Both the position numbers and the translations under genes were made by a program. From positions 78,182,001 to 78,246,000 of the forward strand of contig NC_043004.1 of assembly GCF_006345805.1 (NCBI RefSeq): DNA of 64,000 nucleotides, written 5' to 3'. This document shows, in pieces, positions 37,120-49,299 of this stretch. The notes under the pieces are model-generated. The model was not told the origin of the DNA. It searched no databases and saw only the letters and a program-made list of their open reading frames with translations. Source of the DNA: Octopus sinensis (Eukaryota). Within the stretch, counting starts at the first letter, position 1. Each line of letters opens with the position of its first letter.

Positions 37120-37165
37120 CAGTGAACAGGTCGTGGTCTCAAAGCGACGAAAATATTTTGACAAA
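37120..37165 (+). ncRNA. Second G3-C8 hammerhead copy with truncated stem I 5' strand
   Basis: GUGAACA 37122-37128, GUCGU/GCGAC stem II, GAAA 37149-37152, AUAU-UU-UGACAAA. Only CA of stem Ia survives at the inversion junction. Confidence 0.55.
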
Positions 37166-37290
37166 TTAAATTTAAATGTTGAAGTGAATCTAACGGTTTT
37201 TGTGTGCTTCTTAAATGGCTTATAAACACCTTCCACGCTGCAGCACACGGTCTCAGATCAAGTCACTCACTATGCAAGTACATCTCCGTA

Positions 37291-37330
<40 letters not shown>

Positions 37331-39399
37331 GTAATGGGGTCAGTGAGACCCAAAGGTGTCAGGTAATGCTGAGTAAGAGTTATGGATAGACCATAGTTGA
37401 GTTCCAGTTCGGTGATTATGCAAATAAGGGGTCCAACGTAGATCATATATCAGCATGTGTATATAAAAATTTATTATGTAAGGAGATAAAAAAACCAAGG
37501 CTGTATAGATTTTAGAACATTTATAAATGTTCTAAAATCTACGCAGCCTTGGTTTTTTATCTCATTATGGAAAAAAAAAGTTTTATATATACATATATAT
37601 ATATATATATACATATTCACATACATATATACATATATATATATATATTCACACACACACACACACATACATATATATGTATACACACACATACATACAT
37701 ATATATATATCTACATACATACATATATATATACATACATACGTATATATATATATATATATATATGTGTGTCTTTGTGTCTGTTTGTCCCCTACCACTG
37801 CTTAACCAGTGTTGGTGTGTTTACATCCCTGTAACTTAGCAGTTTGGCAAAAGAGACTGATAGAGTAAGTTGTGGAGTTGATTCCTTTAGCTTTAGTTCT
37901 TCAAGGCAGTGCCCCAGCATGGCTGCAGTCTAATAACTGAAGCAGTTAAAAAATAAAAGGTGTGTGTGTTTGTATGTGTGTGTGTGTGCGTGTGTGTATG
38001 TGTGTGTACCTGAGCCTATCATCTATTCACACCTAAATAATAATCTATGTTATTCTCATGATGGCTGTAAGCAAATTATTTTTTGACTGTGATTTTAATC
38101 AGAGTAAACAAACACTACGAGACTCAGCATCACTTGGATGCAACGATTGCAATCACTGCAACATTTGTTTGTCTTTTAAAGCTAAACAGATCAATAAAAT
38201 AGCATTTCATCAGTTGACAAGAATGTCTCCTGCCATGGCAGCCACCACAGAAACCATAGGTCTGTAATTTTATGTTGACAATTTTATTGTTCTGGTTTAT
38301 CCAAGACATAAATCTGTCTAATTGGGGAAAATAATAATAATAATAATAATAATAAATAGAAATAAAAAAAAAACATTTGATCATTTGATTTTTCAGTTAG
38401 TTCACTTGGTTGTTGGGTTGGAATTGGTATTAGAGAAGACAGACCTATAACTAACATAGGTACAGTTGTGTGATTAAGAAATTTGCTTTGGATTTTAGGC
38501 AAAGTGGTTGAGTTCCTTTCAAGCGTTGGGCCTCACAGAAGCAATGACCAATACCTTTGGCATTATGTTGTGCTTGAGAAGACCCATCAAGCTGAGCAAA
38601 ATTGCAGTCACGGCAGATACCGGTGTCATGCAAATGGCACCTGTACCATTGGTACATAAAAGCACCCATTACACTCTCAGAGTGATTGGCGTTAGGAAGG
38701 GCATTCAGCCGTAGAAAACCAGGACTGGAGTCTGGTGTAGCCTTCCAGCTTACCAGTCCTGGTCAAGCCATCCAACCTATACCAGCATAAACAACGGACG
38801 TTAAATGATGATGATGATGATGATGATGTACCCTAGACATGGCTGAAATTATAATAGAAAACTGAAAATGGAGATGAATGTCTTTGAGAAAGATATGAAC
38901 AGCATAATTCCCATTCTCTTATTCTTGAAATCAATACGACAGACTGTTCAATCATTGATGGATATTTCTGATTATGAAAGATCAGTTAATTGATTCTAGT
39001 TATTGAACTTGGTGTGTGAGATAAATAATTATGAGATTTATAAAGAAATTCCATGAATATGTAAAAGTACTTGAACTGAATCTATCAATAAATATTTCTC
39101 TCTTTCTGCTTCATTAATTAGTGCTTGGACTTCAATGTAATCTTAACTGGTGGCACTCATTAAATGGCTTCTTGATTGAAAACCAACTGGGAACAATAAA
39201 GTAAAGAATTGACTGAGATATGAAAGGGTTATTGACAGGAAGAGTATTCAGTGGTAGAAACTGAGCCAAACAACATGGATGAGCATCAATCTTTAAGAGT
39301 GGTTTCCATTAAGAAATGAGTCAAAATGTTATGATCTATCCAACCCATGCCAGGATGGAAAATGAACAGATATATAATGAAATTATTGTATACAGTGCT

Positions 39400-39730
39400 C
39401 AGGTGTACCACAACTTGTCAAAAGTGCATATAAAGCATATGTAGTAATGTACAAATGTCTGGAAAGTGAACAGTGTATGAGTCTGGTACATGCTTGCGTG
39501 TGTATGGAGGGGAGAAAATCAGGTGTAGTGTTGGCGAATCTCAGGAAGCATAGAAGTTTTGAAGGATGCAGTGCTCTAACAACTGATGCCGGCAGTCTGT
39601 TCCATGCTTCAGCAACTCTTAGCAGGAAAAAATGTTTCCGAAAGTCATGGGAGCTGTGCTGTTTTCTGACTTTGTAAACATGTCCACGGGTGTTAGACAG
39701 GTGGTGTTTGAAAAGGTGCTCAGAGTTATT
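39400..39730 (-). mobile_element. CR1-clade LINE 3' end
   Basis: Minus strand translates TRGHVYKVRKQHSSHDFRKHFFLLRVAEAWNRLP (CR1 C-terminal TRGH...R...WN.LP motif). Confidence 0.8.
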
Positions 39731-40039
39731 GTTTGTGAGATGGTTAATAACTTTATGATGATGATGGTGATAGTGGTGGTGGCGTTTGTGGTGGTAGTGG
39801 TGGTGGTGGTGATGGTGATTATGTTGATGATGACACTGGTGATTATCTTTTCTCTCATTTTGTTTCAGTTATGAAATATATTCACAGATGTTTCTATTAG
39901 AAATTGGTTATATTCTTGTAAAGTGAAATAAATATAAACATAGCACTATGTTTGTAACACCCTGGTACCTCAGTTTCTGCGACCAGTTGACCTATTTCAC
40001 CTATTCCACCTCATTTCCACCTGCAATTTCTGTCAATAG

Positions 40040-40325
40040 TCAGGAAGTGTGAGAGGAGGGGCTTCAGTCTAGAGTAGACTGGTTTTTGGTGCAGACTTTG
40101 GTAGCTAGACTTTGGTCAACAGGGCATTGTTCTTCGGTCTAGAGGGAGGTTAGACTTTAATCCAGATGGGCTGGCTTTTAGCCTGCAAAGGTTGGACATT
40201 TGTCAAAAGGGGGTTGGTTTTTGGTGCAGAGGGGGTTAGACTTTGGGCTAGAGAGGGTTTGACTTCAGTCTAGAGGTGAGGGTTGGTCTTTGATTTAGAG
40301 AGAGTTGGATTTTGGTCTATAGGGA
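40040..40325. repeat. Degenerate minisatellite, consensus near AGAGGGGGTTAGACTTTGGTCT
   Basis: Repeated GGTT(A/G)GACTTT(G/C)GTCTAGAG variants. Confidence 0.5.
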
Positions 40326-40873
40326 CTTCGACATTTCCAGACTGTCTTCACTGCATATAGGCAAAGCCCTCATTAGTGTTCTTAGAACATTCTAAATATT
40401 AAGAATATTTCCAGATGATTGACAATGTTCACTTTTGATTTACTTTCTTACATTTATTCCTGACCCTCATATATACCCTTACGTATAAAAATATTCCCAC
40501 ATACCACCTCATTTCCATCACTGGTAAAGCTTATAACATTCTATAAAAGATTATCTTAACCCTTTTGATACTAACCCACTTGAGACCACCCTTAAGATTA
40601 TGATACAAATTCTCTAATTTAAAATTATCCTTCCATCAAAATTGCAAGCTAACTTATGTTACAAACTCCAGTTTATGAATGACAAAGTTATTTTATCAAA
40701 TTCTTTATTATTTTCATAATTAACTGAAACAAAGACAGAGCATTTCAACAAAAATCATCATCATCGCTTAACGTTCGCTTTCCATGATAGCATGGGTTGG
40801 ACGGTTCAACTGGGGTCTGGGAACCCGAAAGCTGCACCAGGCCAGTCAGATCTGGCAATGTTTCTACAGCTGG

Positions 40874-41043
40874 ATGCCCTTCCTAATGCCAATGCCCTTC
40901 CTAACGCCAAATGCCCTTCCTAACGCCAAGTGCCCTTCCTAACGCCAAATACCCTTCCTAACGCCAAGTGCCCTTCCTAACGCCAAATGCCCTTCCTAAT
41001 GCCAAATGCCCTTCCTAACGCCAAATGCCCTCCCTAACGCCAA
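40874..41043 (+). repeat. 19-bp minisatellite (ATGCCCTTCCTAACGCCAA) x ~9 expanded inside an RTE 3' UTR copy
   Basis: Direct inspection; the unit is the single-copy GATGCCCTTCCTAACGCCAA motif of family C. Confidence 0.9.
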
Positions 41044-41155
41044 AAATCTGGTAAGAAAAGGATGAAAGCTATCAACTGTTCAATGGCCTATAAACAACAT
41101 TTAATCTAGTTCAGAAAATGTTTGAGACCCACAGAGAACCCTTCAGTAGACCACA

Positions 41156-41510
41156 TCATCATCATTGTTCAACTGTGGTCGAAACAATGGAATTTACTAT
41201 GCTACACCAGACTTCATGGTCCATCATAGCATTACGGAGGTCCTGTTGCTGAATGCCTGTATCCCTGGAGATTACATCAGGGTAGGAGAGTGTGCACCCT
41301 CTGGTATCGCGAGCAGATGGCTTCCAGAGGAGAAGAGTAGAAATTACCTTGTTTTCAGCTCTACAACAATGTCCAGCAAGCTGGACTCTTCTACCTTTCA
41401 CAAGAGATGATACAGGTGGTAGTTTCCCATATATTTGTACTTTGGTTGGATGTCGCTTCCATGAGAGATTTTGAGCTCTCATAAGGAGGCAAGTGTAAGT
41501 TTCACACTTG
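41156..41510 (-). mobile_element. RTE/RTEX-type LINE 3' fragment
   Basis: Track ORF 41162-41551: TYTCLLMRAQNLSWKRHPT...RRVQLAGHCCR...LLLWKP; ends in (TGA)n. Confidence 0.8.
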
Positions 41511-42309
41511 GGCCCACAGCCCACCTGTTCTAGCTTACAAGACATCAACAAACTATGAATAAAGATGATGTGCCTTCATTAGAGGAGATGATGAAGAAAC
41601 GAAGGGTTTTGTGCTCAACTGCAAAGAAGAAGGTCAGTTACTTTCACTGAGTAAGTAGACAAGAAGATCTAGAAATGTCAATGGTTAAATGCCAGGCAGT
41701 TGATCAAGCAGGTGTGGCCTCATATCAATCATATGTTGTGGGGTGGGGTACCATAAAGCCATTGAGCGGAAGGCTCTGAAATGGTGTGCATTCTCTCCTG
41801 ATGACTTCTGAAATCAACTGGGGTTCAATATGCAGGGCTTTCATTTGGCAGCACTTCCCCAAGCAAAGCACTTTACTAGTCTCCTATAAACCAGCAACAG
41901 TAAATATGCACACGTCTCATAATTTGTAGTTGTCTCGTTCTATTTTGAAATCTCTTTTCTACCATCTCAGCCAAGCATGTTTTACTTGAGATCATCAGTT
42001 AGATATTTGAAAATAATGTGACCTAATTTATATTCCAAATGGTGGAGAAGATTAATAATAAATGACATTGATGATACAAAGAGCAGCTGACATCCAGCCC
42101 AGTTTGGCCTGACTGGGAATATAAACAATAAATACAATAGCCAGCCATGTTGTTAATGTATTTTACAACTGACCACACTGGTAGACTTAGCTGTGTTGTC
42201 CACTAATAAATATCCATCCTTTGTCTGGTTTCAGGCATTAGACTCTGGCCATGCTGGAGCATCACCTAAAACGGTTTTCATTGATAACCTCAAGTCCTGG
42301 GTATGACTA

Positions 42310-42700
42310 CAAACTGCATCCAGCAGTGGGGGTGGGCATGGTATGGGAGTTTCAGGGTTTTTGAGGTGTGTGGAACCATCCCTTAGCCACCCTTGTTCCC
42401 TGGTCTACTCTGGCACGGAGTACTTGCACCTGTTCGGGTCCTAGTTAGGGGTTAACTATCAGGTGAACCATTGGGTGTGAAAGACCTTCTTTGTTGAATT
42501 AACTTTTAGGAGAAGGTAAACTTGGATAAAAACCGTAAAGTGCAGTTGGTTTCTGGTCGTCTCAGCCTCTTTCGTGCCACTGGCTTTTACTATAGTTGAT
42601 TCCGTCAAAAAACAAAATTCAGGAACTTCTTGGCTTCTCAGAACATTTGCATGGACTTACTGTGTTTCGGAAGTGGGCTTTCTCCACCATGAGTTGACCT
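42310..42700 (+). mobile_element. Probable LINE 5' UTR remnant (source of the 90-bp copy at 44366)
   Basis: GC-richer non-coding block; the LINE assignment is by recollection of similar RTE-type 5' regions and is not verified. Confidence 0.35.
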
Positions 42701-42999
42701 ATTTTTTCTTTGATCCCCATTTAGTGAATGTCTTAGTTACCTTTTGACATAAAGGGATGTAAATGAAAACATTGGGTTTATATCATGCACATACATACAT
42801 ACATATATACATAAAAATAAGCAACAAGTATATCTTAGGTAATGTGGTACAATCGTTTCATGCTACTTCATTTTATTAAACATTCTAAGTATTACATCAG
42901 TTTAAAATATTGAGCAATCTTCAGGCATTTTTAGAAATCTTCCATCAAACGGACAATACATATTCTTGTCTCCATTTGAACTTACATATATACATATAT

Positions 43000-43047
<48 letters not shown>

Positions 43048-43809
43048 TGCATGCATGCATACATACATACATACATACATACATACATACATTCATACAT
43101 ACATATGTACATACATACATGTATACACACACACAAACATACATACATACATATTTATCAGCCCCAATCCATGACTGGTATGTTATTTATCAACCCTAGT
43201 CCATAACTGGTACTTTTATCCCCAGAAGGATAAAATATAAAATTGATTTTGTTGGAATTTGACCTCAGAATGAAGAGCAGCCAAAACAATTCCACAAAGC
43301 AATTTATCCAGTTCTCACAATATTACCAATCGGCTGTCTAGTATTAAACCGACAAGTTATGGAACTGGTCAGCATGAAATATTTCTGTAACAGCATCAGA
43401 AAAAAGAACATTTTTCAGGTGAAAAATATTTATAAATGTTATGTATTTCATTTTCATTTCTTTTTTATCTCCTGAACATTAGAGAGTGTGTCAAGTGATT
43501 TTTTTTCTTTTTTCTTCCAATCAACAAATAGAAAATAAAAGTCTTATTTTATTTATCTTTTCTTGTTCTACATAATATTTCTGTAGTGGCTGACTTGCCA
43601 TAAATATGCTGTCTGCAATTCCATGCATTGTTGCAACCCAAAATGCATACTAAACATTTGAAATCTGTTTAACATTTTCTTTCATCTTTCTCTCATGACA
43701 GCCATCTTAACTGCTGGGTATTGGTTTTGCTTAATGCCTTTCTTTTAAAAAAAAATATCAATAATACTTAACTAATAAAACCAATAATAATAATAATAAT
43801 AATAATTTG

Positions 43810-44282
43810 TCTTGGTATAAAAGATGGGCTACAGCAAATATTCTGCTCAATACCACAGATTTGCTTGCCATTTGTTTGACCTTAACCAGTTGACCATGTC
43901 CCTTAGTAGCTGACGATATGTGCATCTTTGATCACGAGTAGATGTAATTGGGGAACATCATAGCCATGTGTTGAGAGGGATTCTTTGGGGTTTGGATAAT
44001 TCACCTTTGGAAACATGGGTGTTTCGTTCAACATCCTTAAACAACCCTCATTCGGGGACCTTTGAGCGGGATGGGCTACTCAACCTGAAGAAAATTCTAA
44101 CTGGGCCCCACCTGCAAGGTCATGTGCTGTTTATCTTGATATGAGATCACCATGTCGCGCACATATGGTTGTGATGCATGTGCCTGGTGTACCTTTATCA
44201 GACGGGTAGTCATGATGGGCATACTGGACTTCGTATATTTTACCCCAGTGTCACTTTGATGGCATGAACTGCTCTCTCACTC

Positions 44283-44315
<33 letters not shown>
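43810..44315 (+). mobile_element. Unclassified retroposon-like repeat between (TAA)n tracts
   Basis: ~470-bp GC-richer block inserted in a TAA microsatellite and ending in (TAA)n. Confidence 0.45.
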
Positions 44316-44316
<1 letters not shown>

Positions 44317-44318
<2 letters not shown>

Positions 44319-45420
44319 CCTTTCTACTAAAGGCACAAGGCCTGAAATTTGGGGGGAGGGGAACAAGTTAGGGGTTAACTATCAGGTGAACCATTGGGTG
44401 TGAAAGACCTTCTTTGTTGAATTAACTTTTAGGAGAAGGTAAACTTGGATAAAAAACAAGTCGATTACATCAATCCTAGTGTGTAACTAGCACTTACTTT
44501 ATTGATCCCAAAAGGACGAAAGGTAAAGTTGACCTCGGTGGAATTTGAACTCAGAACGTAGTAACAGGCAAAATACTGCTAAGCATTTCGTCCAGCATGC
44601 TAATGACTCTGCTAGTTTGCTGCATCCTTCATTCTGAGTTCAAATTTTGCCAAGGTCGACTTTGCCTTTCAACCTTTCGGGGTCGATAAATTAAGTACCA
44701 GTTGCATACTGGGGTCGATCTAATCAACTGGCCCCCACCTCCCCCAAAATTTCAGGCCTTGTGCCCAGAGTGGAAAAGTTTGCAGCCTTCCATTTTCTCT
44801 GTCACATGGCTTTGTAAATGAACAATCTGGTGTCTTTATTTTAGTGGCCTACCAATGAATATAAGTGAGTTTTTCTGCCCTGGGTGTCAGGAAGACACTC
44901 GGCAAGAAATGGAAACAGAATTGAAAGAAGATGATAATGATGATAATAATAATTCTTTCTACTATAAGCACAAGGCCTGAAATTTGTGGGGAGGGGGACA
45001 GTCAATCACATCGACCCCAGAACTTGACTGGTACTTAATTTATCGACCCTGAAAGGATGAAAAGCAAAGTCGACCTCAGCAGAATTTGAACCCAGAACAT
45101 AAAGACAGGCAAACTGGATCTAAGCATTTTGCCCAGTGTGCTAATGATTCAGCCAGCTCGCTGCCTTCATGATAATAATAATAATTATTATTATTTACAT
45201 TTGATGGATATTTGTCCTCATCGTGTTTGCTATTAACACAACATTTCAGCTGATATACCCTCCACTACACCATATGTACACAACTGGCACTTAATTTATC
45301 AACCCCAAAAGGATGAAAGGCAAAATCGAACTCAGCGGGATTTGAAATCAGAACATAGTGATGAGCGAAATACTGCTTAGCATTTCATCCAGCATGCTAA
45401 CAATTCTACCAGCTCGCCAC
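44317..45420 (-). mobile_element. Cluster of family A SINEs (44317-44620 -, 44630-44780 +, 44955-45170 -, 45270-45420 -)
   Basis: Repeated GGATGAAAGGCAAAGTCGAC...ATTTGAACTCAGAAC cores and CCTTTCTACTA.AGGCACAAGGCC tails. Confidence 0.8.
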
Positions 45421-46053
45421 ATCATCATCATCATCATTGTTTAACGTCCGTTTTCCATGCTAGCATGGGTTGGACGGTTTGACCAGGGTCTGGGAAGCCA
45501 GAAGGCTGCACCAGGCTCCAGTCTGGTCTGGCAGTGTTTCTACAGTTGGATGCCCTTCCTAATGCCAACCACTCCGTGAGTGTAGTGGATGTTTTTTACG
45601 TGCCACCAGCACAGGTGTCAGGCGAGGCTGACAACTGCCACGATTGGTTGGTGCTTTTTACGTGCCACTGGCACGGAAGCCAGTCAAGGCGGGGCTGGCA
45701 TTGGCCACGATGATGATGATGATGATGATGATGATATGAGAAAGCATGAATGTCACAGCAGCCCATGTTGTCCCCTTTATAAATTTGTCCATTAGAAAGA
45801 AATCAATACTGTGAAACCAGTTCAATCAAATATAAATCATATTCTTACAAAATCGTCTTCGTGCCAAGTGAAAATAATTCAATATTTCCAGGCATTACCA
45901 TTTTCTACCTGATCAGAATATTTTCTCTGATCTCTTTTCATTGTGGAACATAAATCAACTGTTCACTTAGACCAGCGTTGGAACCAGAATCAGTTTTTTG
46001 CCTTCTTTCTAACTCAAATGATGCGATGTTCTTGAATATTTTCTATTCTTAAG

Positions 46054-46877
46054 ATACTGGACCCGGAGGGATTGCAATCCCAGAGGCACAATCAGTGCGT
46101 GACCTGGGTATTCACATGAGTGATGACGCGACCTTTCATGTACATGTTGCTAAACTGACAATGAAATGTAGACGGCTGGCTGGATGGATCCTTAGAACCT
46201 TTAGAACAAGAGAACAAGAAACCATGATGGTCCTCTGGAAGACACTTGTCCTAAGCCACTTTGACTATTGCTCTCAGCTATGGTCACCATCCAGTGTCAA
46301 GTTGATCACAGAACTTGAGGCGATCCAACGAAGCTACACGAAGAAGATAGCCTCTATGCAGAATGTAAGCTACTGGGAAAGACTCAAGAGATTAAAATTA
46401 TATTCCCTGGAGCGTAGGCGGGAAAGATATGCCATAATATACATCTGGAAGATCCTGGAGGGAAGTGTCCTGAACTTTGGCATCGAGAGTTACGCAAATG
46501 CCAGAACTGGGCGCCACTGCGTGGTGCCTAGGACTCCAAACCTGCCATCAAGATGTAGGACAAGATTCTGTGATAGCCTGGGCTTCCGAGGCCCACAGCT
46601 CTTCAATATCCTCCCGGAGAACCTGAGAGACCTGCATGGGGTGGATACAGATGTCTTTAAAATGAAGCTGGATCTCTTCCTGTCAGGTGTCCCAGATGAA
46701 CCAACTTCACGGCAGGAGGGGCAGATGAGGGCAGCTGCATCGAACTCTCTCATGCACCAAATAGCAGTTGCTAGAAAGCCTCCATGAAGTGAAACCAAGT
46801 AGCAACACCAAATGGCGGTGCCCCAGCATGGCCACAGCTCATAAGCTGAAACTAGAATCAATCAATCAATCAATCAA
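46054..46877 (+). mobile_element. 5'-truncated CR1-clade LINE, young, ORF2 C-terminus open (46095-46787)
   Basis: RDLG..SDDATF..H, LV.SHFDYCSQLWSP, YWERLKRLKLYSLERRRERY, FN.LP; 3' UTR ends in (ATCA)n. Confidence 0.9.
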
Positions 46878-47021
46878 TATTTAAAACACTATATGTCTGC
46901 CCATCCATCCAACCACCCATCCATCCATCCATCCTTCCATACATACATGCACAGACAGACAGACAGACACACACACACATATATACATATAATTATGTAC
47001 TTATATATATGTACATGTGTA

Positions 47022-47056
<35 letters not shown>

Positions 47057-47139
47057 TGTATGTGTATATATATATTGTATGTGTATATATATATATTGTA
47101 CGTGTGTGTGTGGGGGGGGGTATAAAACATATGTATATA

Positions 47140-47890
47140 TACAGATAGTGGCTGCTTTCTTGTATACGGGCAAAGCCATTGCTAGGCAAAATCATTGAAG
47201 TGAGTCCTTGATAATGTAATGTGAGGCCCTTATATGACTCTTGAGCCCCCGTCAGAGAGTTGCACATTTTACTGCATAATGCACAGTTGTGTGGAAAGAA
47301 GCATGGCTTTTGACGTGTCTCTTTAATCCTCCAACTGAACAGCACACCTTTCCACTGGCTGCACATGTTCTGTTCTCAACAATAACCTTCTCACAATTCA
47401 CAAAGGGTCGATTCCTGTGACTTCTCTCATGGCTGACCAAGCCTGCATCGCTCAAGCATTTCCTCCCACAAATCGCGCACATAAAAAACAAAACTCTTTC
47501 ATCTTCTGTTGGTCCATTCTTCCTAAGCTTTCTCTTGATCTTTCCGTACTTCATTCTCACTCTTTCACACTTCAAGCAACCACTCTGCATTCTTAGCTAC
47601 AACAGGAATCAACTTACCAAAAGCTTTATCTCTTTTTCTACAAATCTCTTGATAGGCCATTTATTAGTTGTTCTTCTAAACCATTTCTGTTGAGAGAAGG
47701 TGGATGAGTATTCTTGACACTCTTTAAACTTTATCATGACATTTCTGACCAGTGGTTCTTGACTCTCTTTAAACTCTGCAAGGCTCATCCCATCCCTCAA
47801 ACAAAATACTTGCAACACCTTATTAGTACCTAACTGGAGATCTTGTAAGAATCCTCTATCATAGCGCCAATCAATTTGTTTAATGAAAGG
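47140..47890 (-). mobile_element. RTE-like LINE 3' region with two C-terminal C2H2 zinc-finger remnants
   Basis: CAICGRKCLSDAGLVSHERSH and CAASGKVCCSVGGLKRHVKSH (track ORF 47252-47590); upstream part degraded. Confidence 0.6.
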
Positions 47891-48344
47891 AAGGACCTAA
47901 TTGAGAGAAAACTACCATTTCCATTTTGTAGGATTGATTGATTGTAAAGACATTTATCGCAATTCCTCAAACAACATAATTACATTTACAATGTTATGGC
48001 AATTTTTACAAAGGAATTTCTTCTCATTAGCAATTTTATGGTAAATTTTAGGAACAAACAGATTGTGATATTTTAGAATTTTATGACTTTATTTAGAAAA
48101 TTACACCATTTTAACTCTTTTGATACCAATTTGTCCAAAACTACTCCTGGTTCTATGATACAAATTCCTGATTTGAAGTGATCTCAATTAAAACCTTCCA
48201 TCAAAATTTCATGTTAATCCATTTTCCAAACATCAACTTAATAATGGTTTCAAATTTTGGTGCAAAGCCAGCGATTTTAGGGGTGTGGATTAAGTCAATT
48301 ACATCGACCCTGGTACTCAACTGGTACTTATTTTATCAACTCTA

Positions 48345-48910
48345 AAAGGGGTGAAAGGTAAAATGGGTGGCAGGCAAAAGGGGTGGGAGGCAAAAGGGAG
48401 TGGAAGGCAAATGGGGTGTAAGGCAAAAGGAGTGGAAGGCAAAAGGGATGGAAGGCAAATGGGGTGGAAGGCAAAAGGGGTGGGAGGCAAAAGGGGTGGA
48501 AGACAAATGGGGTGGAAGGCAAATGGGGTAGAAGGGAAATGGGGTGGAAGGCAAATAGGGTGGAATGCAAATGGAGTGGAAGGCAAATGGGGTGGAAGGC
48601 AAAAGGGATAGAAGGCAAAAGGGGTGGAAGACAAAAGGGGTGGAAGGCAAAAGGGGTAGAGAGCAAAAGGGGTGGAAGGCAAAAGGGTTAGAAGGAAAAA
48701 GGAGTGGGAGGCAAAAGAAATGGAAGGCAAATGGGGTGGAAGGCAAAAGGAGTAGAAGGCAAAAGGGGTGGGAGGCAAAAGGGATGGACGGCAAATGGGG
48801 TGGAAGGCAAAAGGGGTAGAAGGCAAAAGGGGTGGGAGGCAAAAAGGGGTTGAAGGCAAATGGGGTGAAAGCAAATAGGTTGGAAGGCAAATGGGGTGGA
48901 AGGCAAAAGG
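48345..48910 (+). repeat. 16-bp G-rich minisatellite (GGGGTGGAAGGCAAA[A/T]) x ~35 expanded inside a family A SINE
   Basis: Flanked by SINE sequence on both sides (GTACTTATTTTATCAAC before; GGCAAAGTCAGC...ATTTGAACCC after). Confidence 0.9.
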
Positions 48911-49223
48911 CAAAGTCAGCTTCAATGGCATTTGAACCCACAACATGAGGAGTCAGAAGAAATGCTGCCAAGCACCTTCTCAAACATATTCTGCCAGCTT
49001 GATACCAACTTAATTCTTTTACTTGTTTCAGTCATTGGACTGTGGCCATGCTGGTGCACCACCATGAAGAATTTTAGTGAAACAAATCAATCCGAGTACC
49101 CTTTTTGTCTTGAAGTGTAGTATTTATTCTATCAGTCTCTTTTACTAAACCACTAAGTTACAGGGATATAAACAAACTAACACCAGTTGTCAAGCAGTGG
49201 TGGGGTCAAACACACACACATAT

Positions 49224-49299
<76 letters not shown>

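Larger units (their letters stand above)
36961..37242. mobile_element. Inverted pair of Penelope-like 3'/pLTR fragments next to (TA)n
   Basis: 36979-37100 is a near-perfect reverse complement of 37120-37242; each arm has a hammerhead-like motif. Confidence 0.85.

Noticed and set aside
40874-41043. Regularly spaced repeats as a CRISPR array
   Set aside because: Head-to-tail units with no unique spacers, eukaryotic context, no cas genes. The same applies to the 16-mer array at 48345.
48317-48983. 200-aa PFAFHP/GKWGGRQ repeat ORFs
   Set aside because: Open in several frames on both strands because the 16-bp minisatellite lacks stop codons.
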